From assembly GCA_964016885.1 (NCBI GenBank), contig OZ024743.1:264678001-264742000 (forward strand): 64,000 bases of DNA, given 5' to 3'. Source of the stretch: Eledone cirrhosa (Eukaryota). A program made the position numbers and the translations under genes. Within the stretch, counting starts at the first letter, position 1; each line of letters begins with the position of its first letter. Shown here in pieces: positions 56,188-64,000 of the stretch. The notes under the pieces are model-generated. The model ran no database searches, was not told the DNA's origin, and saw only the letters and a program-made list of their open reading frames with translations.

Positions 56188-56243
56188 GAGAACGATCAGG
56201 TGAAGGTGCTGTGGGATTTTAGGATACAGACGGAGAAGAAACT
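56188..56243 (+). mobile_element. 56-bp inverted family B fragment at a 5' junction
   Basis: Exact reverse complement of 56694-56749. Confidence 0.85.
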
Positions 56244-56258
56244 ATTATTATTATTATA

Positions 56259-56289
<31 letters not shown>

Positions 56290-56292
<3 letters not shown>

Positions 56293-57702
56293 CTTGAATC
56301 TCAGTCATTGATGTTGGTTAACTGGAAAGTCCGTTGGAATGAATATCAAGCCACTACCTGCAGCCTCAGATATTCAGGACGTATCGGAGAGTTCTTGCTG
56401 TTCCCAGCAAGCATGCCTTTTGAAGCGTTCCAAAAAGCGTGAAGGGGCCAATTTTCTTTAACCATCCCTGGAAACTTTTGGAGATAGTCCCCAGTGCGCC
56501 TATGACAATCGGGATCACTTTGACTTCATGGCATTTCCAAATCCTTTTTACCTCCCACTTTAAGTCCTGGCATCGGTTAATTTTCTCCTTCTCCTTCTCT
56601 TGCACTCTCGTGTCGAATGGGCAGGCCACATCCACAATCAGACACGATCTTTTTTCTTTGTCCACAACCACCAGGTCAAGTCTATTGTGTTCCAGTTTCT
56701 TCTCCGTCTGTATCCTAAAATCCCACAGCACCTTCACCTGATCGTTCTCCATCACCGCCTCTGGCCTATGCTCAAACCATTTCTCAGAATGTGGTAAATT
56801 GTTTACTTTGCACAGGTGCCAGTGGATCACCCTGCCCATTACATCATGTCTCCAGCCCTTATAGTGGGTCTGGGATAGGTGTTTACACTCGGATACAATG
56901 TGAGCCACAGTCTCCTCTCTCTCTCTACAGATCCTGCACAGTGGGCTAGCCTCCTCCTTGTAACTATGGTGTTTCAACCACTTAGTTTTAAGGGCCTGCT
57001 CCTGCGCAGCCATTAACATTCCTTCTGTAGCCTTTTTGAGGTCTCCTCTTCTCAACCAGTTCCATGTCTGTGGATCTCTAAATTCAGTTTTCTCAAAGAA
57101 GGTACTATGAAGGGATTTTCCCTGAAGGCTGCTCTTCTCTCCTTGATGTTATTTCCTCCTTTGACATCCCCTGGCCTATTGTCCCCTCCTTCAGTACAGT
57201 TCTGAGCATTGGCTCCTTACTATCAGTCACGTATTTGTATAGGTTGTTTTTCTCCATCTGAACACAGTCCTCTATGCTGATAAGTCCTCTTCCACCCTCA
57301 GATCTCCTTAGGTAGAGTCTATCGACATCACTCCTCTTGTGCAACATGTTGTAGATAGTCAATAGCTTCCTCGTCTTCCTATCCATTTCTTTTTGTTCAG
57401 CAACATTCCATCTCAGAATTCCCGCACTGTACCTAATAATAGACACAGCTCGGGAATTTACTGCGCTTATGGCATTTCTGCTGTTCAGATGTGACTTCAA
57501 TACGCTCCTTATTGTCCGAATGTATTCAGTTCTTAACAATTCCTTCATTTTTTTTGTTCTTTATGCCATCAGCCTCCAGAAAGCCCAAATACTTGTATCC
57601 TTCCTCAGAGTCAATTTCCTTTATCATCTCACCTGTTGGTATCTGGATTCCGTTACTTCTGCTCAACCTACCCCCCCCTCATCACAATGACTCCACACTT
57701 AC
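56290..57702 (-). mobile_element. R4/Dong family B, 5'-truncated, frameshifted
   Basis: ORFs 56366-57055 and 57105-57548 match the C-terminal half of the full-length copy. Confidence 0.92.
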
Positions 57703-57734
57703 TAATTATTATTATTATTATTATCATTATTATT

Positions 57735-60700
57735 GAATGCTATGGTTGACGGAGGCTCGGCTCTGTAAGGTATTGTAAATTTTGAACGCTATAACAATTG
57801 TAAATTGTTTAAAACTTAGACCAACTCATAGATAAAAACACCCTCCTCCTCGTGAGAGGGGTCTTTCTGCCCGTTATTTTGCCCTTCGGGGTTAAATAAC
57901 TGCTTATTGGGGTTTTGTACCCAATATTTATTTTAAACAAAAAAAACAACATGGCTACGAAAAAGAATTTGCATAGGTCACTCCCACTCATTCCGTCTTC
58001 TTCTTCCTCAATCGTCACTAAAGCAGAGAGAAGATTGTCTCTCTCCCTCCCTTCTTTAAATGTGTCTCTCTCCCTCCCTTCTCTTTCGCAAGCGACGACA
58101 GAAAAGAAATGTCTCGTGCAAAGCGTGCAAGGTTTCTCCACGACGACGACGACAGCGACGAAACAGGTATGCGGGAAATACGAAAACCCAGTTCATTCGT
58201 CTGACGTCAGGAATAATAGCAGTAGCAGCCGTAATAACAACAGCAACAGTGACAACGAAAACAACAGTAGCAGCCGCAACAGCATCACCAGCAGCATAAA
58301 CAACAACAGCATTAGCAGCAGCAACACCAACAACAACCACAGCAACAGCGGCGGAGGCAGTAGTCGTAGTACCTGCAGCAACAACAAAAGTAACAGCAGT
58401 TCTGACGACAACAACAACAGCAGCAAAGAAAAAACCAATCTCATTTGCAGGTATTGCGAAAAACTTGGAAACAATCCTCATAATAAATGAGGAATTAGAG
58501 GAAGCGAAGAAGATGGTGACAAAGACTGGACACCGAGCAATCTGCAAGGCAGCGGAAACATTTTTCGAAACCCAACAGCACTGTACGGTCACGTACCGTA
58601 CAGTAAGTACAAAATCCCGTAGGGTGGAAAGAGCCACAGAGGCTCAAATACAAAAAGCCTTGGGGTCTGTGTGGCAGCGGAAAACGCACATCACCCGAGG
58701 CAAAAAATATGCCACCGTAGACGTACTTTTTGCCACACCCCAGGAGGCAAAGGCCCAATCCGTAGTGACCGTAAGGAGCGAGGAAATGGTGTTGGTGCCC
58801 TCCTACTGCGGGCAAAAAATTGTGAGGGTCAAACTGACCCACGTCCTCCCCGAGATGGCTCTTCTTGGCTGGCCGCGTCTGTCCTCGTCGTAATCGAGGA
58901 CAAAACAACTGTACTGCAAGTACAGAAAAAAGTAAGAGAAGATTGTGTCGGCACCTCCATTGAGGTGCTAATCCAAACCAACCAGGAGTGCATCGAAGCT
59001 ATCCCGGATAGCCTTCTGCAACGAGAAGACCCTGAGAAAGGAGAAACCCCCCCTCTCCTTCCGAAACCGGCTCCACGGCTACCAGCAACAGGACAAGCGG
59101 CAACCAGGAACGATAGGTCCGTGGCACCCATACCCACGCCACGGAAATCAAAAACAGCAGCAGTAGTGAAAATATTAACAACAAAAACAGCAATACCAAA
59201 TGCAGCTGCAACAGAGACTCCAGTGAAAACATCACCAACAACAACAAGTGAAAGAGTGGAGCTGCTACCACTTCCCGACCTCACAGAATCAGACATGGAG
59301 TGTGAGGTGGGAGAGAGATGGCAAAAGGTCGTAAGAAGGCACAAACGCAGAAGCAGCGCATCGTCGCCTTTGAAAAGGGAGGAAAGAAATGAGAAAAGGG
59401 TAAAGTCTACTGCAAAGAGACCCACAGCAGCAACACCACCAACACCATCACCACCCACACTAGCACCACCATCACCACCGGCGACAACCCCACCGCCAAC
59501 AACACCTTCAACACCACCACCATAAGCACCAACATCGCAAAACACAACAACAAAACACACACACCCAGCAACAACGACAAGAAAATAGCAGAACCACACC
59601 CCACCCCCAGAAAAACAAATGCACGGCAATAAATACACACAACAAGAAACTAATGACTTACATAATGGAACACAGACATTTCACAACACGACTTCATAAT
59701 ACCAGCACCAATCAAAACGCCAACTAACATAAGACTGCTAAAAATAGCACAGAAACAATACACAAACATTAAAACGAAATTCCCCAACGCAGTTGGTGAT
59801 TTCAGGGACCTAGGAGGAACTATCAATCGAAGAGTATATTCAGACATTCTCATAGAAGAGCCGACGACCAGCTGAAGGGAAGATTCAACGGTCCCTTCAC
59901 CAGACGATCAAGTGAAAAGGGATGGAAAAACCGTCCCTCCTCTACCAAAAGTACGGTAAGTGGTCTTTCCCATCTTTTCCACTCTATTTTAAACATGACC
60001 TCACTCAGAATAGGCAGCATAAATGCGCGTGGCTTGGGGTCGTCATGGAAGCTGGATCACCTGCTCAACGACCTCAGGTCACTAAACATAGATGTAGTGG
60101 CCATCAGCGAGACCAGAATCTCCGAAGCACAGGCCTTCGCACCGAGCTTCGGCGGCTACGATGTGTACGCATCTCCCAGCCGTCCTGGATCGGGGGAAGG
60201 AGTTGCTGAGCTTTTTCGGAGAGGTTTGGATCTCACCATACGGGCCATCTTCCTGGACCCAGAGGGTAAGCTGGTGGTGCTGGACGTGACCAGCGGAGAC
60301 GGGCGAGCTTTCAGGCTAGTGGCCGTCTATGCCCCGACAGGAGCAGGGCGGCCTGATATCTTCCGGCGTCTGGAGACCTTTCTTGGAACGTCCCGCCCTT
60401 TAGTGTTAGTGGGCGACTGGAACGGGATCTTTGATGCACGCTGGGACTGTGTGGGATTAGCGGATAGGGGTGGAGGGTGCAAGAGCCTCACCAACTTGCT
60501 CAGGAGTTTGAACTGTCTGACAGGTACCGATTGGATTTCCCGAATGCGCCAATGTGGACTTGGACAAATCGCGTAGGGTCATCCAGATCATATCTAGATA
60601 GAGTATTTTGTAGGGAAATAGATAGGTCTAGCATAGGCTGTCCACAATTCTACTACACGGACCACAAATTCGTGATCTGTGTGCTTGACTTAGATAGGCT

Positions 60701-63653
60701 TCATAGACGAGGACCCGGCTACTGGAAGCTAAACGCGTCCTTACCAGCGCGCAGGGCCTACAGAGACTGGATTAGCGAACTAGTTAAGCGGGCGTTGACG
60801 GGGGCCATCGTCAACAACAAGTGGTGGTTTGCTCTGAAAAGAGCGATTAGAATAGAATCCATTAGGTTTAGTAAGGCTTTAGCAATAGAGAAAAATAGAG
60901 CAGAGGGAGAACTAGTTAGAAAATTAGACGAGGCGCTTTGCAAAGGCATTGCGACCGACGTGCTTGCGGCGAAATTGGCCCTTGACCAATTCTTCAATGC
61001 AAAGCACGAAGGCTGCTTTGTCAGAGCAAGGGTGCGTGCTCTCAGACACGAGGGGACGAAAGCCGTTCAATTGGCCGGAGTGGCGGAGGCGCATCGTGGC
61101 AACTAAGCCTCGATCCGGTCTTTGGTGGACCACGACGGGCGCATGCTACTCGATCCCGGGAAAATGTGTGAAGGTTTTCAGCGACACTTCGCCCAGCTTT
61201 TCGGGGGCAGCGGTGGGCCGGGTCGAGGGATGGACTTTAGTGTCTACCTCGACGGACTGCCGCGGCTCTCGGCCACTGAGGCGAAGTGTTGCGAAATGCC
61301 GTTAACAGCCGCTGAAGTAAGGGAGGCAATGACTGGCTGCACAAGGGGTAAATCGCCTGGTTTGGATGGTCTGCTCTATGAACTTTACGTACAGATGCCA
61401 GACTTGTTCGGAGGCCTCTTGGCGGACGTCTACTGCAACTGGCAACAGAACGGGAGAATTCCCAGTTCTGTGAGCCGAGGAGCGGTGGCACTGCTGAGAA
61501 AGGATCCGAACAAGAGGGATAACATAGATAATTTCCGGCCCATAACTCTGCTAAACACAGAGTTCAAGATTTTGGCCAAGGTGCTAGCAAAGAGGTTGGC
61601 GCTTGTCGTTGCTGGTCTGGTGGGAGAGGCGCAGACATGCGCCATTCCCGACAGATCCATCCACGACAACCTCCACCTCATGCGATACATCGTAGAGAGG
61701 GTGGCTAAGGAACCTGGCACGGGTGGGTCCTTGATCAATTTAGATCAGTCGAAAGCTTTCGATAGGGTCGACCATCGTTACCTAGCGGCAGTCCTGAGGG
61801 CGGCTGGCTTTGGGCCCGTCTTCAGAGGCTGGATCGCTGCCATGCACAGCGACATCTGCTCTGTGGTGAGAGTGAACGGTCACCTGTCGGAACCGTTCAA
61901 CATCATGCGCACGGTCCGCCAAGGATGTCCCCTCTCGTCCCTCTTGTACGTATTGACTCTCGACCAATTACTGCACAAACTAGAGACGTTGAGGCGCGTC
62001 CCGCGCGAACTAGGATGCGGAAGATTCGTGTCAACATATGCGGACGATGTCACCGTAGTGGTGTCGAACGCCAAACACATCGAGGCGATCGGCACTACTC
62101 TAAGAGAATACGAAGCGGTGACAGGAGCAATGATCAACCAGGAAAAGTCAGTGGGCCTGCAGCTCGGCACCCGGAGAGGCAGGTCCATGCCGTTCAATAG
62201 CGTCGTCGGGAGCTGGACGGACGGACCGGTTAAATTGCTAGGGGTCTGGTTCGGTCCGGACCTCCAGACGGACAAAAACTGGGACGAGGTGACGAGCAGG
62301 GTGGCTTCTCTCACCCAGAAATGGGCGGAGAGGAAGCTATCCCTGAAAAGTCGAGCGGAGGTGGCTAACGCGTACATAGCGTCTGTCATCTGCTTCCGCC
62401 TGACCGTCGAACCTTGTCCTAAGCCTCGCCTGACAGCGCTGGATCGTTTGCTCTTTCGCTTTTTGTGGAAGGGACGCGCTCCGATGGTCAGGCGGTCCAT
62501 CTGTTGTCAAAACCCGCTACGTGGAGGGCTGGGCATGCCGTGGCTGATGATGCGCTGGCACGCGCTCAGGCTACGACATCTCCACCTCTTCCTCGACGAT
62601 GATCAGGTGTGGTCGCCGTTTGCTAGACACGTATTTCCCCAGCTCGTTTCCTTGTCGCACCTGCAGTCCTGGGTCAAGCGAAGACCGAGAGGGAGCGCCT
62701 GGAGACAGGAATGTCTTCAGGCGCTCACAGCCCTCGACCAATCGGGCAATGTGATCGGTGGAAACCCCACCTCGGCGTTCTATAGAGGATTAGTGGAGGG
62801 GAAGAGCGACGACGTACTTGGGGAAACTCTAGGCGTCGACGAAAATCAACTAGCCGATCTCTTCGGAAGAACTTTCGGGCCAGGGCCTATGGACAACTTC
62901 CAGAAATCCCTGGCCTGGCAGTGCCACCGAGGAGCCTTGCCAGTTCGGGATAAACTCTACAGGCATGGAGGTGCCGTCAGCCGGGCATGTCCGAGATGCG
63001 CGCAGGGCGACGAAACCGTCCTGCACGCACTCGTCCAGTGTCCGAAAATTGCTGACTTGTGGGTTTATGTCGAACACCTGCTGTCGCGTGTAGGACGGAT
63101 CCGGCTATCATCTGAGTCCATTGTGAGGATTGCTCCGCCCTCCTCCTTTAGCCTGGAAGGGCAGGCAGTTTTTATCTGTCTGGTGGCCATGGCGAAAGAG
63201 ATAGTATGGTGGACACGTTTGAAAGGGCTGAAGACGAGCACTTACCTCTTCGGTGATGCTCTGATTGACATTTTCAAATTTCATTTGAAAAGGAAAATCA
63301 GAGTAGAGAGGGAAGTGCTCTCTTCCCAGCATTTTGTTGAAAGTTGGGTGAGAGAAGCAAGAATGGCCCGAGTGAATGGGCCTACTCTGAGTATATATCT
63401 GAGTATATATCTGTAAATTAAAGGTGGAAAACTGGGAGAGGGCACTTGCCTTGGTGGTCAGGGTCATAGTGGCTTTTTACTGGGCTTTCTCCACAAATGT
63501 CCCCTATTGGGGAATTTTTCATTGTTATTTTTGTTACACCCTCTGTTTTTTTGTTTTTTTACACGCAGAAATGCCCATTTGTACCGTCCTGCATTGTCCT
63601 GAACTGTCCTTAATGTCTACTTTATGTAAACCCTTGTGGTTAATAAAGAAATC
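57735..63653 (+). mobile_element. L1/Tx1-clade LINE, copy 3, apparently full length and best preserved
   Basis: ORF1 from ATG 57951 (frameshifts; knuckle region deleted near 59010). ORF2 59995-63416. (TTA)n on both sides. Confidence 0.95.
59995..63416 (+). pseudogene. Tx1 ORF2 (APE-RT-CCHC), frameshift near 60505 and stop at 61104
   Basis: SINARGL, ISETR, GDWN, LDRVF, TDHK; KSPGLDG, LDQSKAFDRVDH, VRQGCPLS, YADD; CPRC..ETVLHALVQC. Confidence 0.93.
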
Positions 63654-64000
63654 ATTATTATTATTATCATTATTATTATTATCATTATTATTATTATTAT
63701 TATTGGCGACCTACGTAGTAAATCGTATTATCGTGAGCTCCGCAAAGGTTTGTTATTTCCGTTTGTTAAAAATTGCCATTCATGGAAAATTTTTATTGTT
63801 AACCATATATAAGCACACATACATTGTTTTCCGAAAAGGACACCCAAAAAGATTGGGGCCTTGTGCCCAAAATTTAAACTTTTATTATTATCAAACATTT
63901 CTTTGAAAAAAAATGGCTAATTCACTTCTGCACCAAGCATCTGAAAGCCTTCCTCACAAATTAACACCTCACACCGACTCCACCATTGTAAATGTTACTA

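Noticed and set aside
46290-57702. CRISPR-like or integron-like cassette array, or a prokaryotic RT system
   Set aside because: The separators are variable-length (TTA)n tracts and the units are 5'-truncated non-LTR retrotransposons. No cas or integrase genes.

Overview
Repeat-saturated, AT-rich eukaryotic DNA. From the repeat make-up it is most likely a mollusc, probably an octopus-type cephalopod; this is inference, as no search was run. No host gene can be called with confidence. The retroelements sort into two microsatellite niches. (1) (TTA)n/ATTATT sites hold three decayed L1/Tx1-clade LINEs (all on +), a tandem stack of six R4/Dong-type RLE elements from two families (all on -), and about ten copies or fragments of a tRNA-derived SINE. 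(2) (TA)n tracts hold five Penelope-like elements (Naiad-like and Neptune-like), ORF-less pLTR/fold-back derivatives, and mirror duplications. Main points read from the sequence: the SINE and the Tx1 LINE share a covarying 3' stem-loop (NNN-CTTGT-NNN), an AGAAA-(TTA)n tail and ATTATT-starting TSDs, which points to a SINE-Tx1 partnership. There is also a set of type I hammerhead ribozymes, including a U3-A8 core covariant and a ~2.1 kb ORF-less hairpin with a hammerhead in each arm.
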